From Octopus vulgaris (lineage: Eukaryota), in assembly GCA_951406725.2 (NCBI GenBank), contig OX597818.1, positions 71,796,001 to 71,860,000 on the forward strand: DNA of 64,000 bases. The letters are read 5' to 3'. Below, in pieces: positions 14,779 to 29,589 of this stretch. The notes under the pieces are model-generated. The model made no database searches. It had not been told where the DNA came from and saw only the letters and a list, made by a program, of their open reading frames with translations. The number at the start of each line of letters is the position of its first letter. Position 1 is the first letter of the stretch. Both the position numbers and the translations under genes were made by a program.

Positions 14779-14841
14779 TATGTATATGTATATGTATGTA
14801 TATGTATATATACATATATCCTCACACACCCAAACACCCAC

Positions 14842-14883
<42 letters not shown>

Positions 14884-14910
14884 GTATATGTATATATGTG
14901 TGTGTATGTG
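14046..14910. repeat. Compound microsatellites (CATA)n, (TATC)n, (TA)n
   Basis: Direct reading. Confidence 0.9.
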
Positions 14911-15058
14911 TGTTGCCCGAATTAGACTTTTCAAGGTGGGAAGAAACATTGACGTCATGAATCAATATTGATGACGTCAGACAGGTTATATGAATATATC
15001 GACTGAAATTATTTGCTACCAACGCCAAAACCACCAGCTCCAAAATCACAAATAGCAT

Positions 15059-15089
<31 letters not shown>

Positions 15090-15177
15090 AGCCCCCCCTC
15101 CACCATTAACAAAACCAACACCGCATTCACAACACCATTATCTATAACAGTCGTCATTACTAAACAAGTGCAGCAGT

Positions 15178-15343
15178 CACCACCATCACCACCACCACCA
15201 CCACCACCACCACCACCACCACCACCACCACTACCACCACCACCACCACCACCACCACCACCACCACCACCACTACCACTACAACCACCACTACCACCAC
15301 CACCACCACCACCACCACCACCACTACCACCACCACTACCACA

Positions 15344-15415
<72 letters not shown>
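15178..15415. repeat. (CCA)n/(CTA)n microsatellite
   Basis: Direct reading. Confidence 0.95.
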
Positions 15416-15416
<1 letters not shown>

Positions 15417-15945
15417 TCTGACATCTTCGTTGTACCTATGTTTCTTCCTGTATTATTTTTTATGGTTAAATAATACATAACTATAAACTATAATCCAAGT
15501 TATTCTCACAGTTATTTACGAGTTATTTACAAGTTATTCCACATTATTGATGATAGAAACAACAAGAGTTAAGGAACGATTGCTCTCAAAGCAGCAATGT
15601 TAAAAGAGGCAAGAATTAAAACAAAAAAGGAGGAAAATGATTATTCCAACTTTGTTCTTTAACTTTCGTAAAGTGATGTTTGAAGTCTATAGACTTCAGC
15701 TTCACCTGCACCACGGCATCAGTTTAAATGAATGTCTATCTTATGCTTATTGTATAGTTAGAAAATCAAATACAGTACCTATGACTCTTTCCAATGGTTC
15801 TTAAGACCGGTGAGGCAGGGAAGGGCGGATATAGCCTGGCCTGAATCCTTGGAAAAGAATGGAGATACCAAAGTCACTTAGTTGCCAGGGTAATGGTGTT
15901 AAACCGGACAATGGTTTAAGTCTACCATTAAACAATACGGAATAA

Positions 15946-15982
<37 letters not shown>

Positions 15983-16560
15983 GGGGCTTCCACACAGTTT
16001 CTGTTCACTAAATTTCATTGAAAAATGCTTGCGATGTTTTAAGTTTACCACTAAACAATGAGGAACTCTCTCTGTCCCTCTCTCTCATTCTTTCTTCCCC
16101 CTCTATCTCTCTCGTTAATGGGATTCCGCACAGTTTTCGTTTACCAAATTTCAGTAAAAAAGCCTCGGTTGACCCGACGCTTTGGCAGAAGGCATTTGCT
16201 CGAATTGCTGTGCGTGTAGAACGAACCCAAAATAAACTAGTTGTGAAATGAACTTATTAACTACACAGCTATGGTTGCATCCAGAGAGATGAATTGAATT
16301 ATTGCCAGTTAATGGCTGCCGTGAAAATACGAGGTGGGTTGCTGTTGATGTGTTGGTGGTTTTGGCGATGGTAGTGTAAGACTTTGCTGTGGTTTTGATG
16401 GTGGTAGGTGAAGTGGTGGTTGTGATGGTGGTTAGGATCGTAGTAGTTGTGATGTGAAAACTGGTTACGATTGTAGTAGCAATCACAGTGGTTGAGGTTT
16501 AAAGAATGGAGATGTGGTAATGTGTTTACAGTAACGTCAACCATAATTTAGTTTGTTTAC

Positions 16561-16729
16561 CTTCTTCTTCTTCTTCTTCTTCTTCTTCTTCTTCTTCTTC
16601 TTCTTCTTCTTCTTCTTCTTCTTCTTCTTCTTCTTCTTCTTCTTCTTCTTCTTCTTCTTCTTCTTCTTCTTCTTCTTCTTCTTCTTCTTCTTCTTCTTCT
16701 TCTTCTTCTTCTTCTTCTTCTTCTTCTTC
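16561..16729. repeat. (CTT)n microsatellite
   Basis: Direct reading. Confidence 0.95.
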
Positions 16730-17126
16730 GGAAACTACTGCCCTTGTGCCAAAATTCTAGAAAATAATAACACTTGGATTTGTATTGTAAGTATTTTTAG
16801 GATATCTCCACTTCGCTATCTTAAAAATGTATGCTAACCTGGAATATCGGTTAACCTTGAAAACTAATGGATTAAGAGGTTAGACAGAGAAATCCTTAGA
16901 TATCCTGTTGTAAGACTAATGAATTAGCGGCTTGAGATCTCTTGGAACCTTCTTTCTATAATTAATTATTTAAAATGTTGGACAGAAAGATCCTTAGACA
17001 TGCTGTTGGGAAACTAATAAATTAGGGTTTGAGAAGAGGATCCTTATATCTGCAATTAAAAGATAAAGAGGTTGAAGAGAGGGATTTTATAAAAGCACAA
17101 TGTGATCCTCCTTTTCACGTACAGGT

Positions 17127-17272
17127 GCAGGCATGGATATGTGGTAAGAAGTTTTCTTCCCAACCACATGGTTTCGGGTTCAGATGCACTGTGCGTCACC
17201 TTGGGCAAATGCCTTCTACTGAAATCCTGGACTGTGAGTGGATTTGGTAGATGGAAACTGAGAGAAGCCCGT

Positions 17273-17280
<8 letters not shown>
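17127..17280 (+). mobile_element. SINE family A 5' half
   Basis: tRNA-like head GCAGGCATGGATATGTGG...GGGTTCAGA...TTGGGCAA; matches 22669-22830. Confidence 0.75.
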
Positions 17281-17310
<30 letters not shown>

Positions 17311-17845
17311 CACATACGTGTGGAAGTGTATGGCTTAGTGATTAAGGTATGCGGCTCCATTGCGCGCGCACACGCACACGCACACACACACGCGCGCACA
17401 CAAACATTTACATACACGCATATATTCACACAGAATTGAAACGCTGTTTGATTTATGTTTTAGCGTACAATTTTCATCATGCCACTACCAAGTATGACAT
17501 CACCCCTTCCTTCGTTCCTTATTCACCTATCATCCCTTCCTTTCTCATTCATAAACACAAGAGCATTATTATAGTCGATTATCTCGGTAACTATGAGCGC
17601 TATGAAAAAATATAAAGCTCAGTATCACCGTCGGATCATTCTACACATCTGTGTAATTTTTCACGCAATTCCACCCAGCCGTTGGACCGTGAATCCCAAG
17701 ACAAGAAAGAATCACCCATGTCAAATTTATATGTATAGATATACATATATATGCATACATATGCATACATAAATACACACACACACACACTCACACACAC
17801 ATATATATATATATAAATACATATATGCACAGACATATATATACG

Positions 17846-17877
<32 letters not shown>

Positions 17878-17890
17878 CATACACACATAC

Positions 17891-17926
<36 letters not shown>

Positions 17927-17929
<3 letters not shown>

Positions 17930-18255
17930 GGTCCCGGGTTGAGTCGGGGTTAACCACAGTAAATAAGGTACTCAATACATAGCAGAGTAAATTAATTTAT
18001 TATATAGAAGGAGCTTCTACAGGACTAGAACTGTTTCATTCAAAAGAAATCATCAGGAAGCTAGTTGACAAGAGTTGTTTTGGCATTTATACATTTAGGC
18101 AGGTGGGGGACTTTTTGGGGGTAGGCATGGCGCAAAACTATCATTATTAGGGGAGTGGTCAAAGGAATCGGTGGTAAAGTAGATAAAATAATAAATAAAA
18201 GAATAAAAGAATAAATAGAAAAATAGAGTTTTAGGTAAGTAAGGAGACTCTCACT
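17927..18255 (-). mobile_element. Small (TA)n-flanked element, probable PLE terminal repeat
   Basis: Carries a hammerhead; 18001-18108 is inverted relative to ~18700-18803. Confidence 0.6.
18012..18062 (-). ncRNA. Type I hammerhead ribozyme
   Basis: AGCTTC-CTGATGA-TTTC TTTT GAAT-GAAA-CAG TTCTAGTC CTG-TA-GAAGCT. Confidence 0.8.
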
Positions 18256-18262
18256 TATACAT

Positions 18263-18306
<44 letters not shown>

Positions 18307-18316
18307 CCACATATAT

Positions 18317-18348
<32 letters not shown>

Positions 18349-18360
18349 ACACATATATAC

Positions 18361-18403
<43 letters not shown>

Positions 18404-18741
18404 AACACATACACATGTACATACACACACATACACACATACATACATATACATATATGTATACACACTCGCACATATATATACATACACACACATACAC
18501 ATGCATATACATGCACACACATACACACACATTTTTATTCCCTTATTTTAATTTTATTATTACTTTTGTTTATATCTTTATTTTTATCTTGATCTCGGTC
18601 AGCCAGTCCCAAGGGATGGTCTAAAGAGTCCATTTATCTTTCTACTCACTGATACGAATGCAAGCACTCACTCACGCCCCCACCTGCCTAAATGTATAAA
18701 CCTGCCTAAATGTATAAATGCCAAAACAACTCTTGTCAACT

Positions 18742-18792
18742 AGCTTCCTGATGATTTCTTTTGAATGAAACAGTTCTAGTCCTGTAGAAGCT
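18742..18792 (+). ncRNA. Type I hammerhead ribozyme (identical to 18012-18062)
   Basis: 6-bp stem I AGCTTC/GAAGCT, intact core, GUA cleavage triplet. Confidence 0.8.
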
Positions 18793-18797
18793 CCTTC

Positions 18798-18843
<46 letters not shown>

Positions 18844-18934
18844 GTATATATATATATATACATATATATATATAGATATATACATATATATACAGACACA
18901 CATATATATACATATATACAGATATCTATATACG

Positions 18935-18972
<38 letters not shown>

Positions 18973-19026
18973 CGTGTATATATATATATATGTGTATACG
19001 TATATATATACATATACATACATACA

Positions 19027-19101
<75 letters not shown>

Positions 19102-19511
19102 AGGTTTGGAGATGATGTACAGGTATTTTATATTAGAAGAAATGAGGTACTCAGAAATTCGGATGGTTTTATATTTACAGATATTTATTTGTATATTCTA
19201 TGTTTTTATACATCATATATCATATATCATATAACATATAATAGTGCTTTCGTCCATTCTAGTGGAGTTGTCAAATTGAACTGAGTTCAATTTTTCGAAA
19301 AATTCTATCCTATATTAGATGTTAATTTAATAGTGTTCACTTCCGGACTCTCTCACTTTACGAGAACTTTTCGGTTCGAATCGCACGTGTCTCGAGGTGT
19401 GCTAGAGAATTTCTATTTTTGATATATTTGAGGTACTTAATTGTGCTCGTGGCTTAGTGCTCGCTTCTTCCATGGGTATAAGTAAGTATTTTACTTATTT
19501 CTTTACCGCAT

Positions 19512-19572
19512 TTATCACTGATGAAGAGAAGGTTCTTATGAACTAACTCTGAAATCGGGTCCGATATGGTAA
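19512..19572 (+). ncRNA. Type I hammerhead ribozyme
   Basis: TTATCA-CTGATGA-AGAG..GTTC ttat GAAC..CTCT-GAAA-TCGG gt CCGA-TA-TGGTAA; AUA triplet. Confidence 0.78.
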
Positions 19573-19713
19573 TAACGGAATTTTTTTAGAAATTTGTGCC
19601 GGCTGTCTTTGAAACGCGTGCTTGTAGAGATAAATTTCATGGTTATTGACGTAGTGTCTGATTTCGGCATATTTTGGCATTAGAAATTTTTTCTTTTGCC
19701 CTTACTTATAAAT

Positions 19714-19763
<50 letters not shown>

Positions 19764-19854
19764 TAATCCAAACGGGAAAACAGAAAAAACAACGACACGT
19801 GGAACAATTACAGTATTATTATTATTAGGCGCTCAGGAAAATGGAAGAAGGAGG

Positions 19855-19889
19855 GTATGACGTTTCGAGCGGAGCTCTTCGTCGGAAAC
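19855..19889 (-). ncRNA. Minimal hammerhead-like motif (U4C core, stem I mismatch)
   Basis: GTTT-CCGACGA-A-GAGC TCC GCTC-GAAAC-GTC-ATAC. Confidence 0.5.
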
Positions 19890-19957
19890 ATAGGAGAAAG
19901 AAAGATCCCGAGACGGGAGGACAGAGGAAAATAAATTGCAGGTAGTCTTCACGAGGT

Positions 19958-19999
<42 letters not shown>

Positions 20000-20074
20000 T
20001 ATATATATATACGCATATATATATATATACGTATATGCATATATACATACATATATATATACGTATATATAAAC

Positions 20075-20164
<90 letters not shown>

Positions 20165-20181
20165 TATATATATATACATAC

Positions 20182-20242
<61 letters not shown>

Positions 20243-20415
20243 ACGTATATCAAAAGGATGTGTTATAACACTATCCCACATATGCAAGAACATACCTCCA
20301 CCATACCTCCATCATCAGCCGCTCCACGGATATCATTACAGTTTTGACACTTGGGCAGTACCATTCAATCAGGCGGTGTTAACACCACTAAAAGTTATAT
20401 ACATGTTTATATAAA

Positions 20416-21988
20416 TTGTGTAAACATGCCCTGGCAAAACCCTTCAAGATTCTCTTCCAGAGCTTTCTTACAAATGGCAAACTGCCAAGCAAGCTGAAGG
20501 AGGGAATAATATGCCCAATACATAAAGGGGGAAGTAGAGCAGATGCCAAAAACTATAGGCCTATCTCTCTGACTTCACACATCAGCAAATTCATGGAACG
20601 GATAGTCAGAGGGAAACTAATCGCATTCCTTGAAAAAAAAATAACTTGGCTAAGTGATACCCAGCATGGTTTTCGACCAGGTAGGAGCTGCCTGACCCAG
20701 CTCTTACAACATTATGACTGGGTGTTGAGGCAGTTACTCAACAAATCAAATGTGGATGTAATATACCTTGATTTTGCAAAAGCTTTTGACAAGGTGGATC
20801 ATGGTATGATATGCCACAAACTGCGTGACCTCGGCATAGCTGGAAAACTTGGAGTGTGGTTACATGACTTCCTGAAAGATAGGAGTCAGGCAGTAGTGGC
20901 TAATGGAGCCACCTGTATGAACACACAAATAGTGAGCGGTGTTCCACAGGGCACTGTCTTGGGACCACTGCTTGTTATAGTGGCCCTCTCAGATATGCCC
21001 CCAAATGTCCGGATAGCCACTCTGGCAAGCTATGCAGATGATACAAAAGTCTCACATAAAATACAGAACCCTAGCGATGTTGCGCACCTGCAGCAGGAGT
21101 TGGACTCAATTTACAGATGGGCTGAGGATAATAATATGCAGTTTAATGCTGAAAAATTCCAGGCCCTGCGCTACCAGCATCCAAAACTGAATATTAAACC
21201 TACAGGTATACCGGTCCACAGGGAATTTCAATCCCAGAGCCTAAGTCAGTGAGGGACCTGGGTATCAACATGAGTGATGATACCTCTTTCCAAGTGCACA
21301 TTACCAGGATGACGACAAAGTGCAGACGACTGGCTGGATGGATCCTAAGAACATTCAGAACCAGAGATAAGGAAACCATGATGGTCCTCTGGCAGACATT
21401 CGTCCTCAGCCGCATGGATTACTGCTCACAGCTATGGTCACCAAACAGTGTGAGATTGAAGCAATCCAGAGAAGATTCACAAAGAAGATCGTCTCTTTGC
21501 AACAGCTCAGCTACTGGGAAAGGTTGAAACAGCTATGACTCTACTCTCTGGGGAGAAGAGGGGCGAGGTATGCAGTAATATATATCTGGAAGATCCTGGA
21601 AGGAATTGTGCCAAATTTTGGCATTGAAAGCTATACCAATGCCAGAACGGGACGACACTGCATGGTGCCAAAGATCCCAGCAATGCCATCACGCTTCAGG
21701 ACCAGTTACTGCAACAGCCTAGGTTTCAAGGGCCCACAGCTTTTTAATATTCTTCCAAAGAGTCTGAGGAACTTGCACAAAGTAGATGTAGCGGTTTCTA
21801 AATCAAAGCTGGACCTCTTCCTGTCGAGAGTCCCAGATGAGCCTACCTCAAGGCAAGAGGTGCAAATGATGGTAGCTATATTAAACTTCATTCTTCATCA
21901 AGTGCCACATATTAGAGAAGGCTCCTAGTAATAACAGTGTAGCACAAAACGGCGGTGCACCAGCATGGCCGCAGCTCTCAGCTGAAAC

Positions 21989-21990
<2 letters not shown>
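20416..21990 (+). mobile_element. CR1-group LINE, 5'-truncated, RT with frameshifts
   Basis: YRPISLTS, QHGFRPGRSC, YLDFAKAFDKVDH, SGVPQGTVLGP, YADDTK, RDLG, DYCSQLWSP; short 3' UTR with hairpins, then (TA)n. Confidence 0.9.
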
Positions 21991-23127
<1,137 letters not shown>

Positions 23128-23269
23128 ATATATATACCTAAGTAGCATATACACAAAAGTTATATATGTACATCTACACATGTATAAATATAATTATATA
23201 TATATATACAGATATATATAATTATATTTATACATGTGTGGATGTGTGTGTGTGTGTGTGTGCTTGTGC

Positions 23270-23460
23270 TTATGTTTGTCCTCGTCGGTGCTGGTCTGTT
23301 TACGTCTCCGTAAGCTATCAGTTTGGCAAAAGCAAGCGATAGAGTTAGTACTTAAAAAAAGAAAGCAAATGCCAAGGTCAATTTGTTGGACGAAATGCCT
23401 TTCAACGCGATGCTCAAGTATGGCGTGAATTAAATGACAAACGAGTAAAAGGTAAAAGAA
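23270..23460 (+). mobile_element. SINE family A 3' half, diverged
   Basis: Similar to 22930-23127. Confidence 0.65.
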
Positions 23461-23855
23461 AGAAGAAAATACCAACAACTGGTTGGTAAGTGATTCATAA
23501 ACAGAAATCTGTCACTGCAAAGGTATGTATAATTCATGTGGATAGATGCATCATCGGTTTCTACGATGAGTAAGTTGTTCGATGAAAAGAATAACTCATG
23601 GGTAATGTGACTCAGACAAGTGTATCCTTTACATAGTCCTCAGGCCGAACCAGCGTGATACAAGCATGTAACAATAAACCTTATAATCAAAGGTGTCCCA
23701 CCATGGCTATCCTGAGTTGCTTAGAAATCTGGGACTACATTTTTTAACGCGAACTCCCTTTTTAAATACAGAAGATTAGGCTGCTATTTCTTGCAGGTTA
23801 ATCGGGAACTTAAAAGATCTTTCGTTGCTTTGTGAGAAGTAAATGTTGGTGTGCC

Positions 23856-23903
<48 letters not shown>

Positions 23904-24072
23904 AGTGTGAGAGAGTGAAATATGAAGTGAAAGAGAGGAAGAGACGGAAGGAAACAGGAGAGATAGATAGAGAGTGTGAAAGAGAGATTAAGAGACTGAA
24001 TAAGAGAGAGATAATAAAAGTGAGAGAAAGAGAGAAAGAGAGAAAGAACGAAAGAGAGAAAGGAAAAGAGTG

Positions 24073-24117
<45 letters not shown>

Positions 24118-24619
24118 AACTGTGACCAACCTCTTTTAAGAGATTCTAGTTAAGATTTAGGTTGAGTGAAAATTGCTAGAACTGCCTGTCCATTCCATCA
24201 TTCCATGTTCCATTAGCTCATCATTGAAATCCACCTCTGTTTACTGATCCAGACATAACTTCTTCCTTCCTTCATGAAGTCATTTACACCATTCCGTTTA
24301 TAAAAGATACTCTTCAAAGAACTACTATTATTATTGTTGATGAGAGTTTTTGTTTTAGAAATATTTTGGCAATATTAATATTTCCTGAATGTAATAATTA
24401 TTAAGAGGGGAATATTGATTTTATTCCTGATCATGTTTTCCCTTCATTGAGTCTTTGAAGTGAATTGGACGCCTCTTTCGGTTCCCTCCTCCCTTCCGCC
24501 ACTAAAAACAAAGAAGACTCCAGCTGAACAGTGAGATTTCATTAGAAAGCTATTTCCTCCATTCTTTGAAATTTAATTTTCTGCACGATAGTAACATTAC
24601 AACCAAGCTGGTTTTTTTT

Positions 24620-25380
24620 GTTATTAGGTTGGTCTGGAAGAGGAGGCTATGATCCACAGCGTTCACAGGCTATCCCATACTAACGAGATTGATGCCGTTA
24701 ATGTCAATGTTCTGCTTAAGCTGTTGAAAGTGGCTGTTTGTAAGAAAGACGTGTGCAGGGTGGGAATTAAAGAGACTCGGAATTTTGGCAAGAAAACTCA
24801 GTAAAGTTTTAGAAAGAAAACTGTGCAGATCCTAGGAGTTGAACGTAGTACGAAAGGTGAAGAGACGAATGAGTTGAGGCTGATCGTGGTGCAGAGGCCA
24901 TTGCAGTATTAGTAGAAAAGGCAAAGAGAGGATAAATGTACGAAGAACAGCAGTTGGAGTGTATTTGTGACTGACTTCAGGTTAATTCAAAGGTAGCAGT
25001 CTTTCATTGAATGATGCAGTCTTAGATGTCTTCGTGCGCCCCCAGATGTAGTAGTAACACTCTTCTGCATGCCACACCTAAGCTTTGTATAGCATATTTT
25101 CCCCTACAATGCTCAACCCTGTGCTTTGTAGGGGATTAAGTACTGTTGGCTCTGAAAGGAAAGGTCAGTGTTTGAAATATAGGTTGAACAGGAAAGATCC
25201 TCACTGATGGTGGGGTCTATTATTTGGAGCGGATGTTAAGGCTTTGATGGCTTTGCTCACGTTTTATCGATATGTACAGTGACTGTGGCTTTTTGCTGGT
25301 GAAGGAAACAAGATTGGTACGACCAGACTGAAAGATGCTTTTGAAGCTCCGTTCTTATAGTCAAAGCTGGTTTGGTGTCA
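24620..25380 (-). mobile_element. Old CR1/L2-group LINE fragments
   Basis: 'MLYKA*VW..ECYYYIWG' near 25035-25100; 24640-24760 is similar to 38570-38670. Confidence 0.5.
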
Positions 25381-25425
25381 AGTATCAAAGCTGCACGTAG
25401 ATGGTACTTAGGTACATAAGGTACA

Positions 25426-25658
25426 AAGGCGGTGAGCTGGCAGAATCGTTACCACGCTGGGCGAAATGCTTAGCGGTATTTCATCTGATCTTTACGTTCT
25501 GAGTTCTGATTCCGTCGAGGTCGACTTTGCTTTCATCCTTTCGGGGTCGATAAATTAAGTACCAGTTACGCACTGGGGTCGATATAATCGACTTAATACC
25601 TATGTCTTTCCTTGTTTGTCCCCTCTATGTTTAGCCCCTTGTGGGTAATAAAGAAATA
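25426..25658 (+). mobile_element. SINE family B, full length, with 17-bp target-site duplication
   Basis: TSD GGTACTTAGGTACATAA at 25403-25419 and 25659-25675; ends AATAAAGAAATA. Confidence 0.9.
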
Positions 25659-25780
25659 GGTACTTAGGTACATAAATGAAAAGTCAGTGTTGTCGAAGGT
25701 AACATCAGGTAGGTCATTGGAAGGATGTATGGAGAATAAAACCGAATCCCAGGGCAAATAGTTGACATAATGTAGGCAAG

Positions 25781-25856
<76 letters not shown>

Positions 25857-26286
25857 GGGGGGAGGAAGAGAATTGGCATTTTTAGTAACTAAATATTTTA
25901 CGAAATCTTTTTTGCTTTGCTTTCTATATTTACTCAGTAACCTACACAGCTATAGAGTCCAACCAAAGAAAATCAAATGAAAATGACTATAACGCGAGTC
26001 TTCTTCATAGCTTCATGTACAACTGAAATAACTACACACATATATATATGATACATGTGTATACATGCACAAACACTCAAGCATATATCTAATATATCAT
26101 ATGCAGCACACCTAGTACGCAATATACTGTGCATATTTCGAATGGTTTATAGCGTTTAGGGAACGTGAAACTCTGAGTAACCGTTTTTGTGATATCTCTG
26201 GTGTTTTTAATAATGCATATTACTCTACCTCTGGTATTTGAGTACTCTTTTTTCAACCTTGTTTCACATTTATGTGCTTCCTCCGG

Positions 26287-26389
<103 letters not shown>

Positions 26390-27054
26390 TATCTTGCAAG
26401 CATGAAGTGGATTCGATCCCCCATAACCAAATTTAAATTAACAGTTCAACAGAACTTTTCCCATGGTGGAACAATGGTTTTTCTGTGACAGCAGTTTTAC
26501 ATTTGCCAGGTTGTCTTTGGCTTTGCCGAAATAATGTTTTCACCACTTGACCCTTATAACCTCTTCTACTTTACCAACAACTAGAATATAGATATCACAG
26601 TACCACCAACGAATCCCATTGTTCTCAACGATTTGTTTATCCTTCTGGATAGTTATAAAAACAAGAACCCGCAAGCAAAAGACAGTTAGGCACTTTGTTG
26701 AAAATCGTGAGTTAAGAGAGAGCTAACATCGGTTAGTGAACCGACCACTAGAATCATGGAAACAGGCAGACAAAACGACCAGAGGGATAAAGAAGGACAA
26801 CGTCCCACACTCTATCACTCTCACTAGCTCTAATTCTGTTCTCTTACAATATTACTCTATCTCCCTCTGTAATTACTACTAAACGATGACGAGAACACAA
26901 ACACAAACTATTCAAGGAAAATCTACATCTATCTTTACTTCGCATGCTTTACAATTATTATCACCTGCCCGAAATACAGTTTCTGCCAAGATATCTGCTG
27001 ATCACATAGATCAGTTTCTTTTAAAAATTCTTCCATGTGACTTTCTTCCAGCGT

Positions 27055-27744
27055 TGTGGAAAATAGCGATTTGACGTCTATATCTAGCATGTTGACCGTC
27101 CTCTTTTAGTGGTCAGTCCTTTAAATTTGTAAAATATTTTAATCTTCGGATTTTTTTAATATGCTAGGCCACTGGTTTTAATAGATTAATATCAATTTCT
27201 ACCCTTATTAAATTTTAAATAATAAAAAATGTTCTCTAACCGGTAAATTGACTGCTGCTACTTATTGGCTGCAGGGTAGATTTCCGATCTCAGCGCGCCA
27301 AAGTGAAGGCATTTGAAAGATACACATAAATATAATTGGTTGGACTCTATGCATGCGAGACTCCGGTCAAATGTTTTTGTATCTAGTCCTGCAAATTGTA
27401 TTTCTATATGACAGACTATGCTGATGAGATTGCAGGTATCCATATGCGTGGATAATAACAATCGAAACTGATCGGTACATAGGTAATCATTCTTATTTCG
27501 TATATTTTCATTTGTCTTGCTTATTTTTAATGCTTTGGTTCGTGCTGATTTTTTTTTTTTTTTGAGAACATATTCTTTGTGGAAACTAGCGATTTGACGT
27601 CTATATCTAGCATGTTGACCGTTCACTTTTAGTGGTCAGTCCGTTAAATTTTGTATGTAAAATATTTTAATCTTCGGATTTTTTTAATATGCTAGGCCAC
27701 TGGTTTTAATTGATTATTATCAATTTCTACCCTTATTAAATTTT
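27055..27744 (+). mobile_element. Short element with ~165-bp direct terminal repeats and an internal hammerhead
   Basis: 27055-27217 closely matches 27578-27744. Confidence 0.75.
27416..27482 (+). ncRNA. Type I hammerhead ribozyme, canonical
   Basis: CTATG-CTGATGA-GATTG..TATCCA tatgcg TGGATA..CAATC-GAAAC-TGATCG-GTA-CATAG. Confidence 0.88.
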
Positions 27745-27754
27745 ATATATATAT

Positions 27755-27913
27755 ACGACGGGCCTCTTTCAGTTTCCGTCTACCAAATCCTCTCACAAGG
27801 CTTTGGTCGGCCCGAGGCTATAGTAGAAGACACTTGCCCAAGGTGCCACGCAGTGGGACTGAACCCGGAACCATGTCGTTCATAAGCAAGCTACTTACCA
27901 CACAGCCACTCCT
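27755..27913 (-). mobile_element. SINE family A 5' half
   Basis: Reverse complement of 22672-22833. Confidence 0.85.
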
Positions 27914-29589
27914 ATAATATTCTGTATATCATAGTTAACGAAAATATACTGATGAAAGCGTTGAAACTGCGGTATTCATCGTGAAAGAACATCTTGTATA
28001 GATTCCCTAAGAGATAGTGTTAAAAACACAAACATATAATAGCTTCTGGAAAGTGTCTAGCAGCAGTGGTGGAATTGTATATTTACGTATTTCTGCTCTT
28101 TTGTGCGTCATCAGTAGTGAGCACCCACTAACCCTGCATTCCAAGTCAAATTTAGCTGGATGCCTTCTTGAGACGAATGTCGCAGTTTCAAGGCTTTCAG
28201 CAGTATGTTGATCTAATACTGCTTCTATTGCTAATAATGAAAGTACATATAATATATTTGCTATATAACATGCAAACCAGGTATATGATATATAGTATAT
28301 GTCAGGTATAAAATATATATTGTATGTCTAATATACATTGTATATCACCTATATGAGATATGTTATATATCTGCTATATAGTATATGTTGTATATCTAGT
28401 AGATATGTAGTTATCGTTATTTGTCCTCAGTTTTACCTACCAAACATATATTCAATGGTGTTCCTATTCCTGTTTCGACTTTTCCATCATTCAGTTCATA
28501 TGTCGCATATCCAGGACGACATAACTTTACCCTACAGTTTATTTTATAGAACACTGAGGGAATATTTGAGGTAGCCTCGCTGCTATTTCTAGCAAATCCA
28601 CTGGACTCGTGATTATTTTATTTATTACATTCCTATTTGCCAACGTCATAATTATCTCTGATATCACTTGTTAATGTTATGAATATCATTGAAGTCCTAC
28701 GTTTCTTCTTCCTTCAAAAATCTCCAGCTTTAGTTCATATCAAAGATGATTATTGTAAATTCATACATCCAAATATTTGTTGGGCATCTGCTGGATATTT
28801 GTTGGACATCTTTGTAAATTCTGTCGGCTGTAAAGAGATAAATATAAATATATAGAAACGGTCGTTTGAGAGACATTATCAGGTATTCAGCAAACAGTCT
28901 CAGAAACACAGGTCTTCCATGGAAGTGATATTTTGGACATAATTAGAATTATCCATGCCAAATTCTAAACCCAGAAATATTGGATCGTTTGAGTCCACTT
29001 TGAGGATATCCTCAGCACCCACCTTTAACAAGGCAGGGCTTGCGGTATTCTTCTGTCCAGCGACTACGGTGAAAGAGGCGGTGTGGTAGAGGAGGGCGGA
29101 AGGATTGAGGAAAAGACAGCTTCCTCTTCCATCAAACCCTTACCCAGACATTTTAAAGTTCTCATTGGAAAGGAGAGAGAGGCTGGAGTGAGAAGTGCTT
29201 TCTCCCAGTGGATTTGTAAAAAGTCAGGTGAGTGTGACAACAATGGTTCTGGAAAATGGACCTACTCTAAGCATGTACCTATAGTTTGGAGAATAACGGT
29301 TGGGCAAGAGGTCGTACCTTTGGTTGTCAGGGCAATTCTGAATCTGTGGTGCTCCTTTATTGGCTCCTGTTGGAAGTTTTCTTGTATCAGGAGGACAGCA
29401 TCATCCATGTATTCACATACTTTGTATACTTTGAATACTTTTATCGCATTTCATTGCCTTTCCCGTTCTTTCCCCTCATCTTTTATATAACCACCCTCAA
29501 CAAATTGTAAAGTGTCCTTGCAATGTCCCGCTCATCAGACGCCCCTGTGATAAATAAAAGGAATCATCATCATCATCATCATCATCATC

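Noticed and set aside
14822-15478. Gly/Ser- or Pro-rich ORFs
   Set aside because: Trinucleotide microsatellites; no splice or domain evidence.
15891-15930. Hairpin TAATGGT-GTTAAACC...GGTTTAA-GTCT-ACCATTA
   Set aside because: Single short imperfect hairpin with no second copy or known motif.
27945-27978. CTGATGA...GAAAC TGCG GTA hammerhead-like core
   Set aside because: Stems I and II do not pair convincingly; at best a decayed relic.
28081-28118. Minus-strand CTGATGA..GAAATACGTA motif
   Set aside because: Stem I is not formed.
28830-29540. Possible decayed GIY-YIG/PLE fragment
   Set aside because: Motifs are too degenerate to call by eye.
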